Source: Spirulina sp. (lineage in GTDB: Bacteria; Cyanobacteriota; Cyanobacteriia; Phormidesmidales; Phormidesmidaceae). Taken from it: DNA of 17,919 nucleotides. Positions 1-8,467 of the stretch are shown here, one piece after another. Position 1 is the first letter of the stretch. Each line of letters opens with the position of its first letter. The DNA lies in NCBI GenBank assembly GCA_044070495.1, contig JBIPSI010000055.1, positions 1-17,919 of the forward strand, written 5' to 3'. The notes under the pieces are model-generated. The model was not told the DNA's origin. It saw only the letters and a program-made list of their open reading frames with translations, and searched no databases. The position numbers were made by a program, and so were the translations under genes.

Positions 1-18
1 TAACCAACATTTCACTTT

Positions 19-136
19 TCCTGGTGTTTATGGCGGTGTGGAACCACTCTGACCCATCCCGAACTCAGACGTGAAACGCACCTGCGGCGAAGATAGTGAG
101 GGGGTTGCCCCTTGTCAAAATAGCTCAATGCCAGGG
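19..136 (+). rRNA. rrf: 5S ribosomal RNA (end of an rrn operon)
   Basis: TCCTGGTG...ATGCCAGGG terminal helix, the conserved CCATCCCGAACTC...GTGAAACG loop C segment and the GGCGAAGATAG loop E region; about 118 nt, typical cyanobacterial 5S. Confidence 0.97.
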
Positions 137-146
137 TATTATTTAG

Positions 147-183
147 AACCGCTCAAGTCTCTTGATTTGGGCGGTTTTATTTT
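147..183 (+). terminator. Rho-independent terminator of the rRNA operon
   Basis: 13-bp stem AACCGCTCAAGTC (147-159) / GATTTGGGCGGTT (164-176) with two G-U pairs and a TCTT loop, followed by a T-rich tract (TTATTTT), 10 nt after 5S. Confidence 0.88.
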
Positions 184-410
184 GTAATTTGATAGGCAAG
201 AAATGCAAAAAACTATCCTCTACGGTTAGCTTTGGATGTTTGATCCATCTTCTTGGGGGATCCCCTACCAAGGTATTCACAAAAATATCCTGATTCCTGC
301 TGTCTTCTAGTGAACATTGGACTAGCTAGTGGTACTGCCCCCTGAAGCCCCCTTCGTGTCCACTGCCTCCCTTAACAGCGCATCGTTATCTATCATCAGG
401 GGAATGTCTT

Positions 411-2786
411 GTGGCGGATCAAACTTGGTTAAGGCACACTGAACAAGCACTTTTGGTCGGTTCGGGCTTGGGAACTGTAGCGGCTATTGCGGCCCAGAAT
501 GTCGCCCTGGCTTCGGCCCCCTTAACGGTAATGGCGGCTGTGGGGATGTTAAGCCGCAGTCGAACGGAGCGGCAACTGACTGAGGCTCAGGAAAAGTTGT
601 CGCGACAACAGCGTCAGGTGAGTCGTCGCCTGACTAGCTTGAGTAAGCAGGTGACGGCTTTACCTTCGCCGGAGGCTCTAACGAATTTTCAGCGGTCGGT
701 GTTAGATCGGAATAACCGCACGTTTCTACGGCTTTCTGAAGATATCAAAGGTATTCGGCATTACGTTGACAGTCAGGTGCAGGACCTGCATCCTCCTGAC
801 TTAAGTCAGATCCACCAAGATATTGCACAGTTACAGGATCAGTACGCCCATGCGTATACTGCAACTCAAAATCTAACGAATTACGTGCAGCGATTGGCTA
901 CGATTCCCCGCATAGAGGGGACAGAGAATAAGCTATCTCAGGTACGCACAAATCTGATGCAAACCCGCGTTACTCTGGAGGCATTGCGTTCGGAAACTCG
1001 CAATGCTATTTCCACCTTGCAGGAGAATATCGCCCAGGTTGATCGTCGTTCCCAAGATCTAGCGATTCCGCCAGACACCTATGGGTTACGCACAGAATTG
1101 ACGGAAATTGCTAAAAACATTGCTACCTTGGTGCCTCAGGCGGAGTTTGTAAACCTAGTTAACCATGTTAAGGATTTGACTCGACAGCAAGCTGATCTGG
1201 AACGGGCCTTAACTAAGATTCCCGTAGGATCCGTGAATGGCATCTCTGTTGAGGCGTCAGATCAGGTTGCTAAAGCCATGGTTGAGCTGAATCGCCTGAG
1301 TCAAGTGGTGCACCAACTTCAGCAGCAAGTGAGTCGTCAGGAAACGGCGGGTCATACGCGTGAGCAGGTGCAGCAGGTGGTGTCTCAATATTTGGGACAA
1401 CTCAGGGCGCAACTAGCCCAACTGGAGGGTGTAACCCAAAACTTGGCGGAACGACAACGAACATTATCTAATCAGTGGACAGAGACAAGTTCGGAATCGG
1501 GGGGCGATCCCGTTGCTCGGCGGGGGCTAACGCAATTGGCGAAACGTCTACATCGCCATGAGGCAGATATCCAGAATTTAAAACGCCAAAGTGCTGAGGT
1601 TGTGCCTATGGCCGATGGGATGGTGGAAAGCCCTTGGATTTTGGATTTTCCGGTTCCCTTGCAAAGGGATATTCCTGCGCCCCTTGCCGCCAGTCGATTA
1701 GCCTTGGATCGGGCCTTGGATCAAGCGCAGCGACGATTGTTGATCGTATGGCCCTGGGCTAGCCAGGTTACCCTTGACGATAATCTGCTGAAGGGGTTTA
1801 CCCGATTGCTAGATCGAGGGGGACAACTGGAGCTAGGTTGGTGCCACCAAGGCGATGGGCTGGAGGGAAGATTGGTATGGCGCATTAGTCAACGGTGGAA
1901 TACGGACGGAGGGCACCTAGCGGCGCTGAAGGCCGCCCTGAACCAACTTTTACCTCTGCGTGAACATTATCCGGATCGGTTTAAGTTCAAAATTATGGGT
2001 TCCGCAGAAAGTTATCTGGTTTGCGACAGTGGCCCCGACGCACCTCCTGAAGCCACCTATGCCATCGTTAGTCTGAAGTCGCTACCAACCCACGCGGTCT
2101 CTATCCCAGGGGTTGAGGCTAAGCTCAAAACGGCTAGTCCTCAGGTGGTCAGTGCGCTGGTACAGCGTTTTCAGAACCCAGCCATTGCTCCCCATGATAA
2201 AGAGGCTTTTTTTAACCGAGGCACCACCCGTCATGACTTGCGTGACCAGCCAGGGGCAATTAGTGACTACAGTTGTGTTCTGGCCCTACAGCCTGATCAT
2301 GCTGTAGCTCTCAACAACCGAGGTGCAGCCCACCTAGAGATGAACCTAGCCGATGAAGCAGAACTGGACTTCACTGAAGCGATTAACCACAACCCTCGCC
2401 TGTTCGCAGCTTACTGCAACCGAGGCTGGCTCCGCTTAGAGCAGCGCCGCTATCCTGCCGCCGTGCAGGACTTTAGCCGTGCTATTGAGCTGAAGCCGAA
2501 CCTGCCCATGACCTATGTTTATCGGGGCAGTGCCCTACAAAAGTTGGGGGATCTTAAAGGAGCCGTACGTGACTATAGTGATGCCATTGCCTGCGGTGAC
2601 CCCATTGCTTTGCCCTACTGCTACCGCAGCGCTGCCTACGAAAGCCAAGGGGATGCCGAGCGTGCTATCGCTGACTTAAAACGAGCCAGCGTTCACCTAG
2701 AGGCCCAGGGAGACCGCCAAGCCCTTTCTTCAGTGCAGCGTACCCTACAGCGTCTGCAAAATCTGACCCTTCAGACGAAACACTAG
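411..2786 (+). CDS. Tetratricopeptide-repeat protein with N-terminal hydrophobic segment, long coiled coil and a degenerate phospholipase-D-like domain
   Basis: 791-aa ORF with GTG start. Hydrophobic aa ~12-47; Q/L/E-rich heptads aa ~50-395; alpha/beta block 'AQRRLLIVWPW...LELGW...FKIMGSAESYLVCD'; about five C-terminal TPRs (AFFNRG, ALNNRG, AYCNRG, TYVYRG, PYCYRS with A-x-x-D-Y/F). Confidence 0.85.
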   Translation: MADQTWLRHTEQALLVGSGLGTVAAIAAQNVALASAPLTVMAAVGMLSRSRTERQLTEAQEKLSRQQRQVSRRLTSLSKQVTALPSPEALTNFQRSVLDRNNRTFLRLSEDIKGIRHYVDSQVQDLHPPDLSQIHQDIAQLQDQYAHAYTATQNLTNYVQRLATIPRIEGTENKLSQVRTNLMQTRVTLEALRSETRNAISTLQENIAQVDRRSQDLAIPPDTYGLRTELTEIAKNIATLVPQAEFVNLVNHVKDLTRQQADLERALTKIPVGSVNGISVEASDQVAKAMVELNRLSQVVHQLQQQVSRQETAGHTREQVQQVVSQYLGQLRAQLAQLEGVTQNLAERQRTLSNQWTETSSESGGDPVARRGLTQLAKRLHRHEADIQNLKRQSAEVVPMADGMVESPWILDFPVPLQRDIPAPLAASRLALDRALDQAQRRLLIVWPWASQVTLDDNLLKGFTRLLDRGGQLELGWCHQGDGLEGRLVWRISQRWNTDGGHLAALKAALNQLLPLREHYPDRFKFKIMGSAESYLVCDSGPDAPPEATYAIVSLKSLPTHAVSIPGVEAKLKTASPQVVSALVQRFQNPAIAPHDKEAFFNRGTTRHDLRDQPGAISDYSCVLALQPDHAVALNNRGAAHLEMNLADEAELDFTEAINHNPRLFAAYCNRGWLRLEQRRYPAAVQDFSRAIELKPNLPMTYVYRGSALQKLGDLKGAVRDYSDAIACGDPIALPYCYRSAAYESQGDAERAIADLKRASVHLEAQGDRQALSSVQRTLQRLQNLTLQTKH

Positions 2787-3057
2787 CCATTCCTTTCGCT
2801 AGCGACTGTATACATTGATCCTTCTTCCAGCAATGCCTAGGAGGTATCGAAGTCTACGGAGGATCGGAGCCAGTTAGACTAGAAACCTGGTCTGATCGGT
2901 GCCTGAGTCTATTTGGGGAGGGCGCGGCGTAGTTTCCTGGGGTTGCCTAAGGCGCTTGTTCCAACTAGCCATGATTGAAGAGTTGGCCCTGGCTGCCCTG
3001 TTATCGACCTGATGCTGTAGCTTAGGGTAAGGCTCATTTCCTGAGGAGAACTTGCCC

Positions 3058-3639
3058 ATGGTCATGGTGGAATCGACGATGTTGCCTCTGGGCACCGCCG
3101 CTCCAGATTTTGCGTTGCCCGATGTTGTCTCTGGCCAAACGATTTCCCTGACGACCTTTGCCGAGGCTCCGGCCCTACTGGTGATGTTCATCTGTCGCCA
3201 CTGTCCTTTTGTAAAACATGTCCAGGATGAACTGGCCCGCCTTGGCCAAGACTATGGCCCCAAGGGGGTGGGCCTTGTGGCCATCAGCGCTAACAGCCTG
3301 CAAACCCACCCCCAGGATGGCCCAGAACACCTCAAGGCCCAAGCCGAAGAATGCGGATTTACCTTCCCCTACTGTTTTGACGAAACTCAATCCGTGGCCA
3401 AGGCCTACACCGCAGCCTGTACCCCCGATTTCTTCCTCTTCGACGGTCACCGCCACTTGGTGTATCGGGGCCAACTCGACGACAGCCGCCCTAGCAATGG
3501 TCAGCCTGTCACTGGGAAAGATCTGCGTGCTTCCCTAGATGCCGTATTGGCCGGCTTGCCCCTCCCCGCCGAACAACGACCTAGCGTGGGTTGCAACATT
3601 AAATGGACACCCGGCAGCGAACCCACCTACTTTGGATAA
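3058..3639 (+). CDS. Thioredoxin-fold redoxin (AhpC/TSA family, CxxC)
   Basis: STMLPLGTAAPDFALPD N-terminus, FICRHCPFV (CxxC), ACTPDFFLFD, YRGQLDDSRP, GCNIKW. ATG 3058 is preferred over the track's TTG 3052; GAGGAG lies just upstream. Confidence 0.92.
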   Translation: MVMVESTMLPLGTAAPDFALPDVVSGQTISLTTFAEAPALLVMFICRHCPFVKHVQDELARLGQDYGPKGVGLVAISANSLQTHPQDGPEHLKAQAEECGFTFPYCFDETQSVAKAYTAACTPDFFLFDGHRHLVYRGQLDDSRPSNGQPVTGKDLRASLDAVLAGLPLPAEQRPSVGCNIKWTPGSEPTYFG

Positions 3640-3658
3640 GTTAGTTTGGATAAGTTAG
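3631..3658 (+). repeat. Perfect 14-bp tandem duplication spanning the redoxin stop codon
   Basis: TTTGGATAAGTTAG at 3631-3644 and again at 3645-3658; stop TAA at 3637-3639. Confidence 0.95.
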
Positions 3659-3709
3659 TGGAGAGGGGCTCACCGTGAATATCCCTGGATGACACGCGGG
3701 CTGTCGAGG

Positions 3710-3724
3710 TGGTACAATTGTTCT
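3710..3724 (+). promoter_or_regulatory. Cyanobacterial LexA (SOS) box overlapping an extended -10 promoter element of lexA
   Basis: GGTACAATTGTTCT (3711-3724) matches the cyanobacterial LexA consensus RGTAC-N3-D-GTWCB at every position and overlaps TGnTACAAT (3710-3718); it ends 38 nt before the lexA ATG. Confidence 0.85.
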
Positions 3725-3762
3725 GAAAAACTATTTATTGCCGCCGCCACGGTTGTCTTCCC

Positions 3763-4377
3763 ATGGAATCTCTAACCTCTGCCCAGCAAGAACTCTATGA
3801 TTGGCTTGTTCATTATATTCAAGAAAATCAGCATTCTCCTTCCATTCGGCAGATGATGAAGGCGATGAACCTGAAGTCTCCGGCTCCAATCCAGAGCCGT
3901 CTAGAGCACCTCAGAAAGAAGGGCTACATCGAATGGACGGAGGGCAAAGCCCGCACCATCCGGGTGCGGGAGGATGCGCGAGGCGTACCGATCTTGGGTA
4001 GCATTGCCGCTGGTTTTGTCAATGAAGCCTTTACGGATACCGTCGAGCGGTTTAACCTGAACGGGTTGCCCATCCGCCACGGCGACTATGCCCTGCGCGT
4101 CACCGGAGACAGCATGATCGATGCCATGATTCAGGAGGGCGATATTGTGATTATGCGTCCTGTGAGCGATCCCCAGGCCGTGCGAGAGGGAACCATTGTG
4201 GCGGCGCGGGTGGAAAGCGGCACGACCCTGAAAACGTTTTACCGCAGTGGCAACCAGATTCATCTTAAGCCTGCCAACCCCCAATATCCGGTGATGGAAT
4301 TTCCTGCTGATATGGTGGACATTCAGGGGCGTCTGATCGCTGTCTGGCGCGGTATGGATCCCGACTTCACAATTTGA
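3763..4377 (+). CDS. lexA: SOS-response transcriptional repressor LexA
   Basis: Winged-helix N-domain of the cyanobacterial type (PSIRQMM...SPAPIQSRL), Ala-Gly cleavage site (GSIAAG), catalytic Ser (GDSM) and Lys (TTLK), C-terminal IQGRLIAVWR. Confidence 0.97.
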   Translation: MESLTSAQQELYDWLVHYIQENQHSPSIRQMMKAMNLKSPAPIQSRLEHLRKKGYIEWTEGKARTIRVREDARGVPILGSIAAGFVNEAFTDTVERFNLNGLPIRHGDYALRVTGDSMIDAMIQEGDIVIMRPVSDPQAVREGTIVAARVESGTTLKTFYRSGNQIHLKPANPQYPVMEFPADMVDIQGRLIAVWRGMDPDFTI

Positions 4378-4388
4378 CTTCACAATTT
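4363..4388 (+). repeat. Perfect 13-bp tandem duplication spanning the lexA stop codon
   Basis: GACTTCACAATTT at 4363-4375 and 4376-4388; the junction creates the TGA stop (4375-4377). Confidence 0.95.
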
Positions 4389-4496
4389 AACGAGGCTGGG
4401 ATCAGCCCAGGGCGGTCCATACCCTACACTGGGGATGTTGCCTGTGGTCGCATGTCCTGATGGATGGTGGCCCTGTCGGTGTTGACGGTTGCGCCC

Positions 4497-6215
4497 ATGA
4501 AGTTTCGGACGTTTATCATTCCCTTGGCCCTAGCGGCGGGGCTAATCCTGGTATTAGGAGTCGGGCTTCTAGGGGGGCTGGCTCTACGTACTCCTCTCTA
4601 TCTCCTGGATCGGGGAGGGCAGGCGGTGCCAGAAGCGCTTCAGTTTGTTCCTCGACAGTCAGCCCTAGTGGCATCGGTGCTGGCGCGGCCCGACCGTTTG
4701 GCTCAGTTGTGGGATTATTTAGCGGAGCCTAAACGGCGGCCATCCCTGCGGTCTGACCGGGAACGCTTAGAACAGGCTCTTCTGGCGCAGACAGGACTAA
4801 CCTACGACCGAGATATTCTGCCCTGGCTGGGGGAAGAAATTACGGTTGCCCTGGTTGCCCCTGATGTGGATCAAGATCCTCGTAACGGGATAACGCCTGG
4901 GTATTTGGTGGCCCTATCTTGTCGGGATGACGCTAAGGCCCAGGCTACCCTGGAGCTATTTTGGCAAAACCGAGCCTTAGCCGGAGATCCGCTGACCTTT
5001 GAAGACTTAGGTGGCGCACCGTTAATCTATGGCCGGGGATCCGCCTCACCCTCTGCGGTGGGGGTGCCCCCCTTGGCTACAGCCGTAATCGCAAAGCGCT
5101 TTGTCTTGGTGGCAAATGATCCATCGGTGCTGCGTCAGGCGATAGCAGCGGCCCAGGCTAGTGATGGCAGCGTGAAAACGGATCAGCGCTACAAGCTGGC
5201 CTTAAATGCTTTGCCACAATCCCGGATCGGCTTAGTTGCCGTGAACTTGCCCCAGGTGGAGCGTTGGCTGCATCCTGAGTTAGCCGATACCGTTCTTGCC
5301 CAGGCACCTCAACTAACGGAGTCTGCGCCCCTAGGCTGGGGTCTAGTTTCCCTTGGACTTCAACGCCAGGGGGTGATGGCAGAGGCGGCTTGGGTTGTTG
5401 CCCCGGGGCATCGCCTCGCGCCCCATCAACGGCAGCTAACCGATTGGTACCCGTTAGCTCGCTACCTTCCTGGTACCCTCAGTCTAGAGGCCTTGGGGCT
5501 AAATCTGGCCGATCTGGAATCTCAACTGCGCTCCTGGCTCGCGCCTTGGGTCGGTTCTGGAGAGGGGCTAGCCCTACCTCAACCTTCTTTGGAGGATCGG
5601 ATGGGGCCTGGAATTACGGGCCAGATCCTAGCCAGCGTTGACCAAGCCTATGCCCTGGGGCTAGATCTACAAGCCAACGCCACCCCACCCCATTGGCTGT
5701 TGGCCAGCCCTAGCAGTTTATCCACGGCTGATCTCATCGATAGGTTGGGGCGGCAGGCTTCCGCCTATGATCTGGGGTCAGGCCGTCTCGATATTCTGGG
5801 GTACCCTACCACCGTTTGGACAAGACTCTCCCTGCGGCAGGGGATGCCGGGACGTTCCGATCCCTTGCAGGTGCAAACAGAGGTGGTGGGACTGAGCGCT
5901 GAAGTTGGCCGAGACCAGGTTCTAACGACATCGCCAGCGATGATGGCGCAGGCCATTGGCGTTGACCAACACCAGACGCTGCCCCCACCCTGGACGGAGC
6001 AGATCCGCACCTTTCCCCAGGCTGGGGAAAGCTATGTACATTTAGACTGGCTTCCCTTGGCTGACTATCTGCGTCAGCAAGTGCCTCAATTTAGACTGTG
6101 GGAAACCATCGCCTATCCGATTCTCAAACATCTAGGCGATATGACCCTCGTGAGCTACGGCCAGACTGATCAGGTGCATCGTGACAGCCTCTTGATTAAC
6201 TTACAGAACCCGTAG
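4497..6215 (+). CDS. DUF3352-family protein, N-terminally membrane-anchored
   Basis: MKFR followed by a hydrophobic anchor; 'GLTYDRDILPWLGEEIT' and 'FVLVANDPSVLRQAI' motifs typical of cyanobacterial DUF3352. ATG 4497 preferred over 4464. Candidate -10 TACACT at 4425-4430. Confidence 0.8.
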   Translation: MKFRTFIIPLALAAGLILVLGVGLLGGLALRTPLYLLDRGGQAVPEALQFVPRQSALVASVLARPDRLAQLWDYLAEPKRRPSLRSDRERLEQALLAQTGLTYDRDILPWLGEEITVALVAPDVDQDPRNGITPGYLVALSCRDDAKAQATLELFWQNRALAGDPLTFEDLGGAPLIYGRGSASPSAVGVPPLATAVIAKRFVLVANDPSVLRQAIAAAQASDGSVKTDQRYKLALNALPQSRIGLVAVNLPQVERWLHPELADTVLAQAPQLTESAPLGWGLVSLGLQRQGVMAEAAWVVAPGHRLAPHQRQLTDWYPLARYLPGTLSLEALGLNLADLESQLRSWLAPWVGSGEGLALPQPSLEDRMGPGITGQILASVDQAYALGLDLQANATPPHWLLASPSSLSTADLIDRLGRQASAYDLGSGRLDILGYPTTVWTRLSLRQGMPGRSDPLQVQTEVVGLSAEVGRDQVLTTSPAMMAQAIGVDQHQTLPPPWTEQIRTFPQAGESYVHLDWLPLADYLRQQVPQFRLWETIAYPILKHLGDMTLVSYGQTDQVHRDSLLINLQNP

Positions 6216-6231
6216 CGCTCCCATTACTGCC

Positions 6232-7308
6232 ATGACTGCCCCGTCTTCCATTGCGGCGATCCTCGCCTCCCTACTGGCTGAATCGACGGTTACCCCAGCC
6301 CAGTGGGAATCCTTAATGGCCTGGGAACTGGCCGATGCAGAGCGGGCGAGGGCCTGGGGCATTACCCCAGACACCGTGACGACGCATTTGGAGGAACGGC
6401 TGCATTGGCTGCGTACCCTGCTGCCGCAGCATGGGGCGATCTCCCTAGCCCCGGCCCCCCTAGAGATGACCTTGGCGATGTACTGGCAGGTCTGGTTGCC
6501 CCTAGCCCAAAACCTAAAACAGTCCCATGATCGCCTGTCTCGGCCCCTCATTCAGGGCATTTTGGGGGGACAGGGCACTGGAAAAACCACCCTCTCCCTC
6601 ATCCTGAGTCATATCCTGACGGCCATGGGCTACAGCACCCTAGGGTTTTCAATTGATGATCTATACAAGACCTATGCGGATCGGCAATGTCTGCGCCAGG
6701 TCGATCCAAGGCTGCGCTGGCGTGGCCCACCGGGCACCCACGATGTCGAACTTGGGGTAACGATGCTCGACCAATTAAGGCAGGCCCAACCTGGTGAAGC
6801 GGTAGCGGTGCCTCGGTTCGATAAATCCCTCCATGGTGGTGAGGGAGATCGGGTAGCCCCAGAATGGGTGAAGGACGTGGATATTGTTCTATTCGAGGGC
6901 TGGTTTTTAGGGGCTCGTCCCCTGCCCCTAGAACAGTTAGAGCATCACCTTGCTTCGCCGCCAGATCCCATTCGCACGGAGGCAGATCGCCAGTTTGCCC
7001 GCGACATGAATCATCAATTGATCCAATACCTGCCGCTTTGGGATCGGCTGGATCGCCTGATGATTCTCTATCCCCAGGACTATCGCATCAGCAAGGTATG
7101 GCGACAGCAGGCGGAACAGCACATGAAAGCCCAGGGCAAATCTGGCATGGATGACGCCCAAATCGAAGCCTTTGTAGAATACTTCTGGCGTGCGCTCCAC
7201 CCTGATCTATTTATCGCGCCCCTAAAGCGGGATCGGCACCACACCCACCTTGTGGTGGAAATTAATCTGGATCGAACGCCAAGGGCGATTTACGCTCCGT
7301 CAGAATAG
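6232..7308 (+). CDS. D-glycerate 3-kinase, plant-type (GLYK, P-loop kinase)
   Basis: Walker A GGQGTGKTT, SIDDLY, RGPPGTHD, PRFDKS...GEGDR, DIVLFEGWFLG, WRQQAE...GM motifs of GLYK; 16-nt gap from the upstream gene. Confidence 0.88.
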   Translation: MTAPSSIAAILASLLAESTVTPAQWESLMAWELADAERARAWGITPDTVTTHLEERLHWLRTLLPQHGAISLAPAPLEMTLAMYWQVWLPLAQNLKQSHDRLSRPLIQGILGGQGTGKTTLSLILSHILTAMGYSTLGFSIDDLYKTYADRQCLRQVDPRLRWRGPPGTHDVELGVTMLDQLRQAQPGEAVAVPRFDKSLHGGEGDRVAPEWVKDVDIVLFEGWFLGARPLPLEQLEHHLASPPDPIRTEADRQFARDMNHQLIQYLPLWDRLDRLMILYPQDYRISKVWRQQAEQHMKAQGKSGMDDAQIEAFVEYFWRALHPDLFIAPLKRDRHHTHLVVEINLDRTPRAIYAPSE

Positions 7309-7389
7309 GTATTATCGAAGGGCTATGCGTCAGAGTGCTCTGTCGGGTGCGGTGTCAGGCTCTCTGTCGGTTGTTGTGAGGACTCCCCG

Positions 7390-7713
7390 ATGAGCGTGAA
7401 ATTTGAAGTTATTACCCCGGAAGGCATTTTAGACAGCACGAAGGCGGAGGAATTTCGCCAGAAGGTCGATGAAATGTTGGCGGCGGGGGTCGAGGTCATT
7501 TTGATCGATCTCAAAGACATTACCTTCATCGATAGCTCTGGCCTAGGTACTCTGGTGGTTATCCTCAAGAAGGTGCGTGGGCTGGGTCGGCATCTCTACA
7601 TTTGTTCTATCAATGATCAGGTGCGGATGTTGTTTGAACTGACCAGCATGGATCGTGTGTTTGATGTCTACGAGGATAGAGCAGCCTTTGAACAGGCGGT
7701 TCTTAGCCCCTAG
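7390..7713 (+). CDS. STAS-domain anti-sigma factor antagonist (SpoIIAA/RsbV-like)
   Basis: 107 aa; ILIDLKDITFIDSSGLGTLV with the phospho-acceptor Ser; LFELTSMDRVF; GAGGA 7 nt upstream of the ATG. Confidence 0.93.
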   Translation: MSVKFEVITPEGILDSTKAEEFRQKVDEMLAAGVEVILIDLKDITFIDSSGLGTLVVILKKVRGLGRHLYICSINDQVRMLFELTSMDRVFDVYEDRAAFEQAVLSP

Positions 7714-7844
7714 GGACAGACTCCGATTCGCCCCTCCCCAGGAGGCCTGCCATCGCGTATGATCAAGATACCCTAGCCCATACCCCTTGAGCCGTGGGCT
7801 TTTAACCTCTAACCTGTCGTTTCTTGGACATCATTCCTAGCTCC

Positions 7845-8438
7845 ATGAATGTAATGGATTTCTTCCGCCTGAGCGAAGGCCAGTGGAATTCTCAACGGAC
7901 GACCCATCATCTGCCCTTTCGACGGGCTGAGTTGGGCGGATCAGTGATTGCCGTCGAAGCCCTAGAAGCCACGGATCCTAGCGTGGTGGAAATTTGCCAG
8001 CTACATAGCGTGGATCCCGCTCTAGCGGTTGGCGGTGCCCTTGTGACCTGGCAAGGCTCCATGGCTTGGGATAAGGAAGATGAAAACCATGAAGGGCGCA
8101 CCGTGTTTGCCTTAGTGCCCGACGCTGACAACCCTCAATCTGGTCAGTTGCTACGAGAGCGGGGCTATGCGGAAATTGTTCCGGTGATTGGGCGCTACGA
8201 TATCGACCCAGAGGGAGGGTTAGTCCTCACCACTGAGTACGAAACCATGAGTTCCATCGAGCGGTTTTGGTTCGCCAACCCTAACCTGCGGCTCCGCACC
8301 AGCGTGGTCAAACGATTTGGCGGCTTTAGCACCGCCTCCTTCTGTGCTGAGTCGAGACTGAGTCCAGAGGAATCGGCACAGGCCGCAACGCCGGATGCTA
8401 CCTCTGCGACTGGGGCCTTCTCAGCTTTTGGCTGGTAA
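7845..8438 (+). CDS. cpcS: Phycobiliprotein (phycocyanobilin) lyase, CpcS/CpeS family, CpcS-I-like
   Basis: FFRLSEGQWNSQRTTHHLPFRRAE, LLRERGYAE, ERFWFANPNLRLRTS, FCAESR and C-terminal GW resemble CpcS-I lyases. ATG 7845 preferred over TTG 7824. Candidate -10 TATGAT at 7758-7763. Confidence 0.9.
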   Translation: MNVMDFFRLSEGQWNSQRTTHHLPFRRAELGGSVIAVEALEATDPSVVEICQLHSVDPALAVGGALVTWQGSMAWDKEDENHEGRTVFALVPDADNPQSGQLLRERGYAEIVPVIGRYDIDPEGGLVLTTEYETMSSIERFWFANPNLRLRTSVVKRFGGFSTASFCAESRLSPEESAQAATPDATSATGAFSAFGW

Positions 8439-8467
8439 GTTTTGGGGTCGTCAGTGACCTAGGGAGT

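Noticed and set aside
251..330. Short palindromes GGGGATCCCC and ACTAGCTAGT upstream of the TPR gene
   Set aside because: 10-bp palindromes are expected occasionally by chance and match no motif I recognise.
2796..2814. Adjacent palindromes TCGCTAGCGA and TGTATACA after the TPR gene; near-NtcA GTA-N8-TCC
   Set aside because: No U-tract, no loop, and the NtcA right half-site is wrong.
2874..3538. ORFs 2874-3191(-), 3175-3474(-), 3218-3538(+)
   Set aside because: Shadow frames overlapping the well-supported redoxin; no recognisable motifs.
7845..8438. cpcS-I without an adjacent cpcU partner
   Set aside because: cpcS and cpcU are commonly unlinked in cyanobacteria, so absence from the window says nothing.
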